A stretch of 64,000 nucleotides of DNA from a virus: positions 1-64,000 of the IMG/VR virus record IMGVR_UViG_3300027608_000021; one strand, given 5' to 3'. The stretch's first letter is position 1, and the number at the start of each line of letters is the position of its first letter. The position numbers and the translations under genes are program-made. Of this stretch, positions 17,829 to 27,346 are shown in pieces. The notes under the pieces are model-generated. The model saw only the letters and a list, made by a program, of their open reading frames with translations, was not told where the DNA came from and did not search any database.

Positions 17829-18473
17829 CTAGTCTCGGCTGCTGTGTGGATCGCGTCCCTCCGTGCGGCGCATCGCACGGCTGACTGCCATATGGATCGC
17901 CTCTACGCTGAAGGTCTCTCCCTGCTCAGCGAGTAGAGCCTGAATCTTTTTGGCGTAGCCGTAATGCTTGCCGCCTACCTGCTGAAGCAGCACGAGCACG
18001 CGCTGATCGTTCAGCGAGCCTCGCTCAGCGTTAGCCGCGCCTTGCGCTGCTTTCTCTGAGCCGTGAGCACGGGCCGCCGAAGCGATCCGCGCCGCTGCTA
18101 CCTGCTCGCCAAGCGTACCCTCAGCGATCCAGATCTCAGCCTGAGCACGCTGCTCAGCCGTGAGGCTATTGAGATAGGCTCGCTCATCCTTGACGATGAC
18201 CTCGCCAATCGTGAGCCCATCCTCGCTGCCGATCTTGGCGGAGAGATACGCGAACCCGATCTCTCGCTGCTTGCCGCCATCGGTGATGCGCTCAGCCCTA
18301 AGAGCAGCCCGCGCCGCTCTAATCGCTGAAGCAGGATCTAGAGCAGGATTCTCAAGAGCCAAGAGCGCAGCCTCTTGGATCAGATCCTCCTGAGAGGCTC
18401 CGCCGTTGAGCCCTCCGAAATATTTCGCAGCCTCTACCTTGAGGCTCTTGAGCAAATCCTGAGCGTCTCTCAT
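17829..18473 (-). CDS. divergent sigma-70-family-like transcription factor
   Basis: AAKY...EDLIQEA.L (region 2), LSAKIGSEDGLTIGEVI (region 3.2-like), LNSLTAEQR (4.1-like), C-terminal HTH-like helix pair. Confidence 0.6.
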   Translation of the reverse strand: MRDAQDLLKSLKVEAAKYFGGLNGGASQEDLIQEAALLALENPALDPASAIRAARAALRAERITDGGKQREIGFAYLSAKIGSEDGLTIGEVIVKDERAYLNSLTAEQRAQAEIWIAEGTLGEQVAAARIASAARAHGSEKAAQGAANAERGSLNDQRVLVLLQQVGGKHYGYAKKIQALLAEQGETFSVEAIHMAVSRAMRRTEGRDPHSSRD

Positions 18474-19070
18474 GATTTCTCTCCTTCTCCCCTAATAGAG
18501 CGGCGGGGAGCCGCGCCGAATCGCTTCCGCTTTTCGGTAAGTAGATCATATAACAGCCACAAAAAAATCACACGGGGGGGAGTATCCGCCAAATAGAACA
18601 GAAAATGAGCACGAAATAGAACAGATTCAGCCTATACCCCCCCCCAGTATGCCCCTTCGCACCGCTCCACAGCAGAAGCGTGGGCACCCATTTAGTACCT
18701 AGAGGAAATATACACAGAATCTCAAATATTATATAAGTACAAACTTATACTGTCACACACCATCTGCCTCGTATGCCGAGGCTCTGTCTTTGCAAGACCG
18801 TGCACAAAGACGCAAAAATAAAAAAACGCCAGAACCTAATCTAACCCAGGCTAACCCATGGGTGCTACTCTCTCGAACGCTCTCTGGAACCCTGTGACCT
18901 CCCTCCTCCTCAAAAGAAAATAGAGAGGGCTTGTGATTAATATATAAGTTTAACTATTATATGAGACCAAAATACCCATAAAAAGCGCGTATAGAGTGAA
19001 GGGTTAAAGTCACTACAGTTGACTAATCTAACCCAGTAAATCCAGCCAGTAGTCTAGTGGGAGTAGAGTT

Positions 19071-19541
19071 ATGAGGCATCCAGATTGGTTTTCGACCTTA
19101 CCATTCAGTGTGGTATGTGAGAAAGGCATGACAAAGGATTACCTCAAGCGATACAAGGCGGCTCTGCTTATATTAGCGAGGGCGGTCACAAACGAAAAAA
19201 TTTTGCTTCGCAAAGTCAGGCTGCATTACCACGAAGACCAGTACTGCGCGGACGCGGGGTTCGCCGAGGACTGGGACCACAAGATCACGCTATGCTCTGC
19301 CGACATTGATACGGCACTCCACGAGCTAGCCCACGTCGCCACGCACTCCGAGCATTCGAAGCGTTGGGCAAAGTTGCTATTCCGACTGCACAAGAAGTAC
19401 ATGTCACCAATCCAGTGCCAACGCTGGGACTTGCGGGTTGCCCGCGACTACCCCACCGCAGCACGGTACTATAAGCGGCGCTACAAGCGGGAACCAAGCC
19501 CGTTTACCAAGCGCCAGAAACAAGAGACACCAGATGTCTGA
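19071..19541 (+). CDS. HExxH zincin-like protein
   Basis: LHELAH...H...W motif; start could be 19128. Confidence 0.6.
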   Translation: MRHPDWFSTLPFSVVCEKGMTKDYLKRYKAALLILARAVTNEKILLRKVRLHYHEDQYCADAGFAEDWDHKITLCSADIDTALHELAHVATHSEHSKRWAKLLFRLHKKYMSPIQCQRWDLRVARDYPTAARYYKRRYKREPSPFTKRQKQETPDV

Positions 19542-20091
19542 TGAGACGATCGTTTCAAAAACCCAGGGTCAGCTCCGTCGTGGGCGACCATCTGGGGCAC
19601 GAAATAAGCCAAAGCTTGATACCCACCAGCTCAACGAGCTGAAGGACAAGATTGGCAGGTTCCTCCCGCAGGCAGACTGGAACTACCTCGCAGGCGTGCT
19701 CGAGGGTACGGATAAGCCAATTCTTGAAAAAGATTTGGACATCTTCCTAACCCTCCAGCTTAAAGCCCTCTTGCCACAACTGGCGCAAGAGATTGAGGGT
19801 GGACAGCTGACAAAGGAGGCGACACAGCGCTCGAGCACCATCAAAGAACTTCTCGCGTTGCGATTCCAAATGGAAAAGCATGAGAAGGGCGAAGATACGC
19901 CGAATGCCGTGACGTTTATACAAAATGTCTTTGAATCCCGTGGAATTGATCAAGCCCGTCTCGCAACTCTCGCAGGAGGATTTGGCGGGTCTATTGAAGG
20001 TATCTCCCGCCCTGTACCTAGAACTGCTGACGCAGACGAAGGGACAGCCGACGATACTGGAACCCTACCAAGTGAACTTCCTGAACGATAG
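19534..20091 (+). CDS. putative terminase small subunit
   Basis: GRPSGARNK N-terminus; directly upstream of TerL. Confidence 0.65.
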   Translation: MSDETIVSKTQGQLRRGRPSGARNKPKLDTHQLNELKDKIGRFLPQADWNYLAGVLEGTDKPILEKDLDIFLTLQLKALLPQLAQEIEGGQLTKEATQRSSTIKELLALRFQMEKHEKGEDTPNAVTFIQNVFESRGIDQARLATLAGGFGGSIEGISRPVPRTADADEGTADDTGTLPSELPER

Positions 20092-21346
20092 GAGTAAATT
20101 CCGACTCGTTGCTAAGTCACGACAGATTGGCTTCTCCTACATCATTTCTGGAGAAGGACTTCATAACATCTCTACCTCTGCTGGCAAGAAGGTCAACTAC
20201 GTTTCCATCAATCAGAAGGAAGCGTCGGACAAGATCAGCTACGCCAAGCAGTTCTACTACTCTATCCCAGAGCAGTCTGGATTCAGGGCTCCCGTCTACA
20301 CGTCGGCAGAGTTTGAGTTCAGCCTGCACAACCACCCTAATACTTCATACATGATTAGCCAGCCCGCATCTGCTGCGGTCCGTGGTGGCGAGAAAGATGT
20401 CTACTTCGATGAGTTCGCGTTTATTCGTGATGCTCGCAAGTTGTACGACGCTGCCATCCCTGCGACCACACGAGGCAATGGGCGACTGACCGTTGTATCT
20501 ACACCTCTCGGACAAAGCGGTCTCTTCTTTGAGATGGCGAACGATCGGTCTCGCTACCCAGAATACTCAGTGCACATTGTGCCCTGGTGGGAATGCTCTA
20601 TCATGTCCATCGATCCGTCCGAGAGTACGGCGCTTGCGCCAGACTTCGATACCGACCAGCGCGTTAAGCGTTGGGGCACGGAATCGATTAAGTCAATTTA
20701 CAATAACATGGGTCTCGACGCGTTCCAGCAGGAGTACGAGTGCTCCTTCGCGGATGAGTCGGTCAACTTTTACCCATGGGGTTTGATTGTTAACTGTGTA
20801 GACGACGAACTAAATCAGAAGGATTACGATCCTGCCCTCAACTACGTCATAGGCATTGACATTGCTAAGAAGATTGACAAGACCGTAGTAACGGTTGCAA
20901 CTGTCGATGAAGATACTGGCAACATTACAATCCACAAGACATTTGAGACACAGGATGATTATAGCAAACAAGTTGAATTCTTTAACAAGCTTATTGCAGA
21001 CATTAAGCCTAACCGAGTTACCGTTGATGCTACTGGCGTTGGCGGTGTTATTGCGGAACAGCTAGTCCAAAAGCATGGTGGGATCATTGAGGCTGTGACC
21101 TTTACGAACTCCAACAAAGAACGCTGGGCAACCACGTTCAAAGGTGACATGCAGATGGGCAAGATCCGTTTTCCACGGAAGCGAGAACTTCTTGCAGAGA
21201 TCCACGCGATTGAGCGCAAGAAGACTGAGGCTGGGAACTACCAGTTTAAGGCACGCTCTGATGCGCACGACGACTATTTCTGGTCGGCGATGCTCGCAAT
21301 CTACGGCATGGGTCGCAAGGCTCCTGCTATCAACTTCGCATGGTAA
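19925..21346 (+). CDS. terL: terminase large subunit
   Basis: LEPYQ, KSRQIGFS (Walker A), VYFDEFAF (Walker B), STP.G, GIDIA and HDD nuclease motifs. Confidence 0.95.
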   Translation: MSLNPVELIKPVSQLSQEDLAGLLKVSPALYLELLTQTKGQPTILEPYQVNFLNDRSKFRLVAKSRQIGFSYIISGEGLHNISTSAGKKVNYVSINQKEASDKISYAKQFYYSIPEQSGFRAPVYTSAEFEFSLHNHPNTSYMISQPASAAVRGGEKDVYFDEFAFIRDARKLYDAAIPATTRGNGRLTVVSTPLGQSGLFFEMANDRSRYPEYSVHIVPWWECSIMSIDPSESTALAPDFDTDQRVKRWGTESIKSIYNNMGLDAFQQEYECSFADESVNFYPWGLIVNCVDDELNQKDYDPALNYVIGIDIAKKIDKTVVTVATVDEDTGNITIHKTFETQDDYSKQVEFFNKLIADIKPNRVTVDATGVGGVIAEQLVQKHGGIIEAVTFTNSNKERWATTFKGDMQMGKIRFPRKRELLAEIHAIERKKTEAGNYQFKARSDAHDDYFWSAMLAIYGMGRKAPAINFAW

Positions 21347-21463
21347 TTAGTCATAGGAATAACATCCCATGACGGGCTGCTACTAAGCATTGCAAAGATG
21401 CAGGGTAACGGTCGAGCGCGTGGCTCCCCCCGTCCTCATCCCTAATAGAACAGAAGGTGCAAG

Positions 21464-21673
21464 ATGCCGAATTCGGTGAAGTGCGCGCACTGCGGCTCAC
21501 TCTTCGGTATCGAAGGTGAGGACGGAGTACTGCGGATTAAGTTTAAGGATCTCTATCGAGAGATTGAAGGTCGAGTCAGCGGTCCATGTCGCAAGTGTGC
21601 AATGACTGTTGTATGGCCCAATGAAGATGTAATCCTCATTGCAAAGAAGACGAAGGAGGAAAGCCGTGGCTAA
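21464..21673 (+). CDS. Zn-ribbon protein (Mu Com-like)
   Basis: CAHC...CRKC. Confidence 0.55.
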   Translation: MPNSVKCAHCGSLFGIEGEDGVLRIKFKDLYREIEGRVSGPCRKCAMTVVWPNEDVILIAKKTKEESRG

Positions 21674-22961
21674 CATCGAGCGAATCCCCGTAACTCGTTC
21701 AACAACTCCACCTCGCATTGAGGGGAGCCAAAGCCGTGAGACACCATTTAAGTCTCACTCAACGTACACGCGAATGTACAAGCAGCACCCAATTGTCCGT
21801 GCTGTTATTGACAAGATTTCGCGTACTGCAGTAGCAACTGGCTATCAACTTGTTTCAGTTGATTCAGCTGAAGATCTTAATGATGCTAATGCAAAGAAAA
21901 TTGATCTGACTTTCCGTCGGTCAAAAATCATTTCTCTGCTTCGCCAGACCTACCAAGATCTTTTGATCTATGGTGATGCGTTCTGGTATATCCTCCCAGC
22001 GCGTGATGGCGTTCCTTTTCGATTCTATCGAATTGCGCCACAGCAAGTTAACTTGGTTATTGATACTGAAACTCGTGAAGTAACAAGCTACATTACTCGT
22101 GATCCAAAGAATGGACGCGAAGTTCAGTACAATCCAGACGAGTTCTTGCACTTTAAGATCGCCGACCCTGACAACGACTTTTATGGGCTAAGCCCACTTG
22201 AGTCTCTTGGTTCAACGGTTGCGCAGGATCTATTTGCGCAAACCTACAACGAAGCGTTCTTTGCCAACTCAGCCCAGACAGGCATTGTCTTCAATATGAA
22301 GAATGCCTCGAAGGAAGAAGTTGAGCGCAACCGAGAGTTCCTTAAGAAGGAATACACGTCTGCTGCAAATGCACATAAACCGCTCTTGCTTGAAGGCGAC
22401 GTAGAAGTCAGCAAGTCCGTTTCTTCTCCTGCAGAGATGCAGTTTATTGAAGGACGACGACAGTTGACTATGGAGATCCTTGCGGTCTTTGATCTGCCGT
22501 ACACCAAGCTCGGCGGAAGCTCTGAAAGCGCTAACCGATCCCAGAGCTCTGAAAACGATAAGACGTATCGTACTGAGACAATTCAACCGTTGCAATCAAT
22601 TGTTGAAGAGATCATTAACGAGAACCTGCTACTCACAACCTTTGGTATTGACGACGTGCTTTTTGAGCACAAGGAAGTTGATACTCGAGACGAAGAGACG
22701 CAGATGAAGTTGTATATTGATGGAATGACACACGGGATCTACGATCTCAACTACATCCGAAACCTTATTGGCGTTGCGCCAACTGAGGGCGGAGACGTTG
22801 CATTCTTCCAGACTTCGACTGGCTTGGTTCCAGTTTCTGAGGCGCTTGCTCCACGAGCAACCACACCTCAGGTAACAGAACAGCCTGGAGAAATATCAGC
22901 TCCACTTGATACAAACAATCCGACCCCTGCAATTGGAGGCACAGATGGAGAACCAGCCTGA
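21666..22961 (+). CDS. portal protein (HK97 family)
   Basis: LLIYGDAF, YGLSPL, FFANSA, position after TerL. Confidence 0.9.
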   Translation: MANIERIPVTRSTTPPRIEGSQSRETPFKSHSTYTRMYKQHPIVRAVIDKISRTAVATGYQLVSVDSAEDLNDANAKKIDLTFRRSKIISLLRQTYQDLLIYGDAFWYILPARDGVPFRFYRIAPQQVNLVIDTETREVTSYITRDPKNGREVQYNPDEFLHFKIADPDNDFYGLSPLESLGSTVAQDLFAQTYNEAFFANSAQTGIVFNMKNASKEEVERNREFLKKEYTSAANAHKPLLLEGDVEVSKSVSSPAEMQFIEGRRQLTMEILAVFDLPYTKLGGSSESANRSQSSENDKTYRTETIQPLQSIVEEIINENLLLTTFGIDDVLFEHKEVDTRDEETQMKLYIDGMTHGIYDLNYIRNLIGVAPTEGGDVAFFQTSTGLVPVSEALAPRATTPQVTEQPGEISAPLDTNNPTPAIGGTDGEPA

Positions 22962-24774
22962 CCTCCAGCGAGCAGATTCCTACAGTCCTCCAGAGGGCGT
23001 TCGTGCAGCTGCAAGGCGTGCATTGAAGTGGATCGAAGAGGGTAAGGCTGGAGACGGCTTTACTGACGTAGGTCGAAAGCGCGCAGCTGATCTTGCTCGA
23101 GGGGCTTCAATGTCACTTGAGACGATCAACCGAATGAAATCGTTCTTTGCTCGTCATGAAGTTGACAAGAAGGCTACTGGTTTCAGCTCAGGTGAAGAGG
23201 GTTATCCCTCACCAGGTCGAGTGGCTTGGGATGCTTGGGGTGGAGATCCTGGAAAGTCTTGGGCAAATAGTATTGCTACAGAGAAATCTGAAGGCAATGA
23301 AGAGCGCGCAATTCTTGGTGAGGTAACAGAGGGCAGTTTTGTCAGCTGGAACTCACCTACTGGTGTTGCAAACGGTCGCGTAGAGCACGTAATGCCTAAC
23401 GGCGTTTACGGTTTGCCAGATTCTAACTTTGCACTTCAGGCTACGCCAGAAGATCCAGCATTGGGCATAAGAATTTATGTACCAGCTGGTGGAGGCTGGG
23501 TTGAGACTGAAGCAATGATCGGAAAGAAACTTTCCGAAGTCACAAAGATCTCGCCGCTCTACACACCTAGGCAACGATCTGAGGAGCAAATAATGACAAC
23601 TAACAGCTGGAAGATCACTATCCCAGTCGATCGTGCCGAAGAGCAGGATGGCGGGCTGTTCCTCTATGGACAGGCATCAGGTCCCGAGCGAGATTCTCAT
23701 GGGACTGAGATGGACCCCACTGCGATTCAGGACTTCGCGGATCAGATTGTATCTCGCGTATCTGATAGTGATCCACTACCTTACTTAGACCATCACATGA
23801 AAGATGGTGTCCTCCGCGAACTTGGAGAAGTTGTGGATGGATCTGTTTCTAGCGACTATAGGTTGAACATCAAAGTTCGCCTACACCCAGATAACCCTGC
23901 AGCGGCGTATCTACATAGCCGAATTAAGCAAGGTAAAAAGTATGGGATGTCGATCGCTGGAGATGGTGTCCAGTACCGCATGATTGATGACCCCTCCTCT
24001 GGAGAAAAGGTTATCCGATTCCTCAAGATTAAGTTGAAGGAAATTAGTAACACGACGCGCCCCTCGTGGGTACCGTCGTTCGGCACTGTACTCGCTCGCT
24101 CTATTGAGGGCGAGGAGATTGGAGAAAATATGGCAGAAGAGCTCGTTAAGAGCGACGCAACCGAAGTGGTTGATAACGTCGTAGCAAATGAGTCTGCGGA
24201 ACCCGTTGCCGCTCAGGTGACCGAGCAGACCGAAACCCCCGTCGTTGACGTACCTGTTGCTGACGCTGCACCTGCAGCTGAAGTGGCTCCCGCTGTGGAG
24301 GCTGCGCCTGTTGAGGCTGCTGCTCCCGATGAGGAGAACGGTGAAGTCGAGCGTGCACGTATCGCCAAGCGCGATGCGCAAAAGCTCGTCGATGCGTTCA
24401 ATGCGCTAAAGGGGCATCTCGAGACGCTCGGGGTATTTGAGCCCGACGCACCGCAGACTGCAGAAGAGGCACCAGTCGCTAAGACTGAAGATGCTACTGC
24501 AGATGAGAATGTGGACTTTAATGGAGTTTCGGTTCGCCGCGACCTCGTTGAGGCTATTACCGCCTTTGTCACCTCTAAGGTTGACGAGAGCACGGCAGTC
24601 CTCCGCGAGACAGTCGAGAAGCAGGCTGAATACATCAAGAAGCTCGAAGAGCTTCCTGCTGGCAAGTTGCCTGCTGCCGTTGTCCGCGAAAAGTTTGAGA
24701 CTGGACTTCCAGACCTCGGCTCAATGAGCAATGAGGATAAGTTGAAGTACGCTCTCGGTAATATCTACAAGTAA
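22945..24774 (+). CDS. prohead protease/scaffold multidomain protein
   Basis: N-terminal AWDAWGG domain, protease (RDSHG..M, HH, GMSIAG, EIS), Ala/Glu/Pro-rich scaffold. Confidence 0.8.
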   Translation: MENQPDLQRADSYSPPEGVRAAARRALKWIEEGKAGDGFTDVGRKRAADLARGASMSLETINRMKSFFARHEVDKKATGFSSGEEGYPSPGRVAWDAWGGDPGKSWANSIATEKSEGNEERAILGEVTEGSFVSWNSPTGVANGRVEHVMPNGVYGLPDSNFALQATPEDPALGIRIYVPAGGGWVETEAMIGKKLSEVTKISPLYTPRQRSEEQIMTTNSWKITIPVDRAEEQDGGLFLYGQASGPERDSHGTEMDPTAIQDFADQIVSRVSDSDPLPYLDHHMKDGVLRELGEVVDGSVSSDYRLNIKVRLHPDNPAAAYLHSRIKQGKKYGMSIAGDGVQYRMIDDPSSGEKVIRFLKIKLKEISNTTRPSWVPSFGTVLARSIEGEEIGENMAEELVKSDATEVVDNVVANESAEPVAAQVTEQTETPVVDVPVADAAPAAEVAPAVEAAPVEAAAPDEENGEVERARIAKRDAQKLVDAFNALKGHLETLGVFEPDAPQTAEEAPVAKTEDATADENVDFNGVSVRRDLVEAITAFVTSKVDESTAVLRETVEKQAEYIKKLEELPAGKLPAAVVREKFETGLPDLGSMSNEDKLKYALGNIYK

Positions 24775-24795
24775 TAATAATTAAGGAGACTTTCA

Positions 24796-25671
24796 ATGGC
24801 TGACATTGAGCGAGCTCTTAGCACGTCCGTCGCATCTACTGGTGCATACCTCCTCCCAGAGGTAGTCGATCCAGTAATCCGCGATTACGTTGCCAAGGCT
24901 ACACCTGTTCTTAGCGTTGTAACGCGTGTAAACTGGCCTACACAGACCTATTACATCCGCAAGCGAAGCGGGCTTCCTACGGCTGCATTCAGCACCGATG
25001 GTGGTTCACTTCCAAGCGCTTCAAGCTCGACCTACGCTAAGGTCGCAAAGACCGTCAAGTACCTGTACACCCGTGGAGAAGTCACTGGTCCGCTTATTGC
25101 GGCTGCTGGTGGTGTTGTCAACGCGTTGCAGGAAGAGATTCGCGTCCACTCGGGCGTGATTGCTGAGCGACTCGCTACGGCGATTTGCACAGGCGACGGA
25201 ACCGAAGATACCAACTCTGGTATCATCGGCATCAAGCATCAGATCAATACTTCGACCCCTGGCGATGAGGGTGGTACGACGGACGCTTCGGCTGCCGCTC
25301 TCACCCTTGCCATGTTGGACAAGGCTCTTGACGACACGAAGGGCGAGGCTGACGTTATCATGACGAGCCGCGCAGTTCGACGCAAGATCAGTGCCCTTCT
25401 TCAGGGTCAGCAGCGCTTCCTCGACCGAGTTGAGGTTGGCGCTGGCTTCCGCGTTCTTTCGTACGACGGCGTGCCGATCGTTACGGATGACCACTACGAG
25501 GAGAACGAGATTCTCGTCTTCCGACGTGCTGACGCGAAGCTTATCGTGAACCAGGACTTCACGATGGAAATGCTTGCTAAGACCAAGGACGCTGAAGACT
25601 TCTACATCAAGGGGTACTTCGGTTTCGCTCTTGAGGGTCGCCCTGTGCGCCTCAAGAACTTCACGATCTAA
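24796..25671 (+). CDS. major capsid protein (HK97 fold)
   Basis: GAYLLPE, GDG...GI, YDGVPIV; follows scaffold. Confidence 0.9.
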   Translation: MADIERALSTSVASTGAYLLPEVVDPVIRDYVAKATPVLSVVTRVNWPTQTYYIRKRSGLPTAAFSTDGGSLPSASSSTYAKVAKTVKYLYTRGEVTGPLIAAAGGVVNALQEEIRVHSGVIAERLATAICTGDGTEDTNSGIIGIKHQINTSTPGDEGGTTDASAAALTLAMLDKALDDTKGEADVIMTSRAVRRKISALLQGQQRFLDRVEVGAGFRVLSYDGVPIVTDDHYEENEILVFRRADAKLIVNQDFTMEMLAKTKDAEDFYIKGYFGFALEGRPVRLKNFTI

Positions 25672-25695
25672 TTTTTTAGCGTGAACTAGGTGATG

Positions 25696-25725
25696 CTAGG
25701 GGGGTGGAGAAATCCATCCCCCTAC
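25696..25725 (+). terminator. stem-loop after capsid gene
   Basis: TAGGGGGGTGGA-GAAA-TCCATCCCCCTA. Confidence 0.5.
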
Positions 25726-25747
25726 CACACCACACAGAAGGAGGCAC

Positions 25748-25987
25748 ATGATGCCAAAGGCTAAGAAAGCTAGTATTGAGTTTATTACAGAAGATCTCGA
25801 CAAGAGTCCAGCACAGGACCGAGAAGGTTTCATCAAGATGCTTTCACCAGAAAACTGGGAAAAAGTAAATTGCCTTGAAACGTTCTATGACGGAGAGGTC
25901 GAAGTAGTAGATGGGGTCGCCTACATTCCAGCTGAAAATACCCATTGGGTTAATCGGATGCGAATGAATGGGTATGAAGTAGCATGA
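25748..25987 (+). CDS. hypothetical protein
   Basis: AGGAGG SD; ATGA coupling. Confidence 0.75.
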   Translation: MMPKAKKASIEFITEDLDKSPAQDREGFIKMLSPENWEKVNCLETFYDGEVEVVDGVAYIPAENTHWVNRMRMNGYEVA

Positions 25988-27165
25988 AGATCCTCATGAT
26001 CGGTGATTCACCGTTTGTTAAAACTGGTTTTGGAATCGTCAACTCAGTCGCTGTAGAGCACTTGAAGTCTGTCGGTCATCAGCTGGTGGTCATTGGAGGT
26101 CAAGATACGCAGAAGCGTGATCTTGGAAAAGGACATCACTACTATCCAATTGAGTCAATTCAAAAAGACGCAATCGGATGGAAGAACGTTTCAATCACGC
26201 TGAAGAAGCACAAGATTGATGCGGTACATATCATCGCAGATCCAGCAACAGTAGTTATGTGGCTACTCCGCAGGGATCTAATCAAGCTCCCGATTACGGT
26301 ATACATGCCGATTGAAGGTGCTCCGATGAACTACAACTGGGTTCAGGTGCTTCAACAGACACCGAACTTGAAGATTATTACTTGCTCTCAATATGGCGTG
26401 GATGAACTCAAGCGAAATGGACTTGATTCAACAATGGCATATCATGGAGTATCAGATGACTTCTATCAGTATGAGCCAGAACACCGACGCTTCCTTCGGG
26501 AGTCCGTTGGTTGGGACGACAAGTTTGTCGTTATGAATGTTGCTCAAAATGTTGAGCGTAAGCAGTGGCCTCGGCTATTCGAGGCGATTAAGATTGTAGC
26601 TTATAAGCACCCGCAAGTGGTGCTCTACGCGCACACCGTGCCGTTTGATAACTACCATCTTGGTGGACACGATCTCCCTCAGCTTGCTCACCAACTCGAA
26701 ATTGTGGATAACGTGCTCTTCTCTGGAAAGCACGCAAAGCACAATGACGCAGTTGCACTTACTTCCCATAACTATCCTGGTCTTGTTGATCTCTACAACA
26801 TGGCTGACTGCTTTGTCCTGCCTTCGCAGGTGGAGGGATTTGGTCTCCCACTTGTTGAGGCAATGGCATGTGGTCTCCCTGTTGCACACACAAACTACGG
26901 CGCTGGAGCTGAAGTTGTTGGTGAAGCTGGAGTACTGATCGAGCCGCACGACTGGGTAGTCAATAAGAGTCACAGCCGATACGCGAATCTCAGCCCAGAG
27001 TCAATTGCGGCAGAGATTGAAAAAATGTTCGTAAGCCCTTCGTTGCGAGAGCAGCTTCGAGCCAAAGGAACACAGCGTGCAAAGCAGTTCTCATGGGAAG
27101 GCTACCGAACAGCGTTGTGGAGGGCATTTAATGGCGAAGTTAAGACCCTTTCTAAAAACAACTAA
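25984..27165 (+). CDS. glycosyltransferase, GT4 / GT-B fold
   Basis: MKILMIGDSP..TGFG, RK, EGFGLPLVEAMACG. Confidence 0.9.
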   Translation: MKILMIGDSPFVKTGFGIVNSVAVEHLKSVGHQLVVIGGQDTQKRDLGKGHHYYPIESIQKDAIGWKNVSITLKKHKIDAVHIIADPATVVMWLLRRDLIKLPITVYMPIEGAPMNYNWVQVLQQTPNLKIITCSQYGVDELKRNGLDSTMAYHGVSDDFYQYEPEHRRFLRESVGWDDKFVVMNVAQNVERKQWPRLFEAIKIVAYKHPQVVLYAHTVPFDNYHLGGHDLPQLAHQLEIVDNVLFSGKHAKHNDAVALTSHNYPGLVDLYNMADCFVLPSQVEGFGLPLVEAMACGLPVAHTNYGAGAEVVGEAGVLIEPHDWVVNKSHSRYANLSPESIAAEIEKMFVSPSLREQLRAKGTQRAKQFSWEGYRTALWRAFNGEVKTLSKNN

Positions 27166-27337
27166 TAGGCGAAGACTTACTCGTAAGTTTGCCATTAACA
27201 AAAAGTTCTCTATCTCACCAAGGCGAAGGATTGCCTTCAAGCGACGAAGACTGCGTTTGATTACTATAGCGCGACTTGCCGCTGCAAAGATGATTCCTGC
27301 TTCGTTTCGTAACAAGAAAAAGAGAAAAGTAAACTAA
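27131..27337 (+). CDS. 68-aa extremely basic (R/K-rich) protein
   Basis: MAKLRPF...RNKKKRKVN fills gap before adaptor gene. Confidence 0.5.
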   Translation: MAKLRPFLKTTNRRRLTRKFAINKKFSISPRRRIAFKRRRLRLITIARLAAAKMIPASFRNKKKRKVN

Positions 27338-27346
27338 GGAGGCACA

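Noticed and set aside
21371-21434. tRNA gene
   Set aside because: Cloverleaf-like but lacks T-loop GTTCRA, correct arm lengths and CCA; kept only as generic structure
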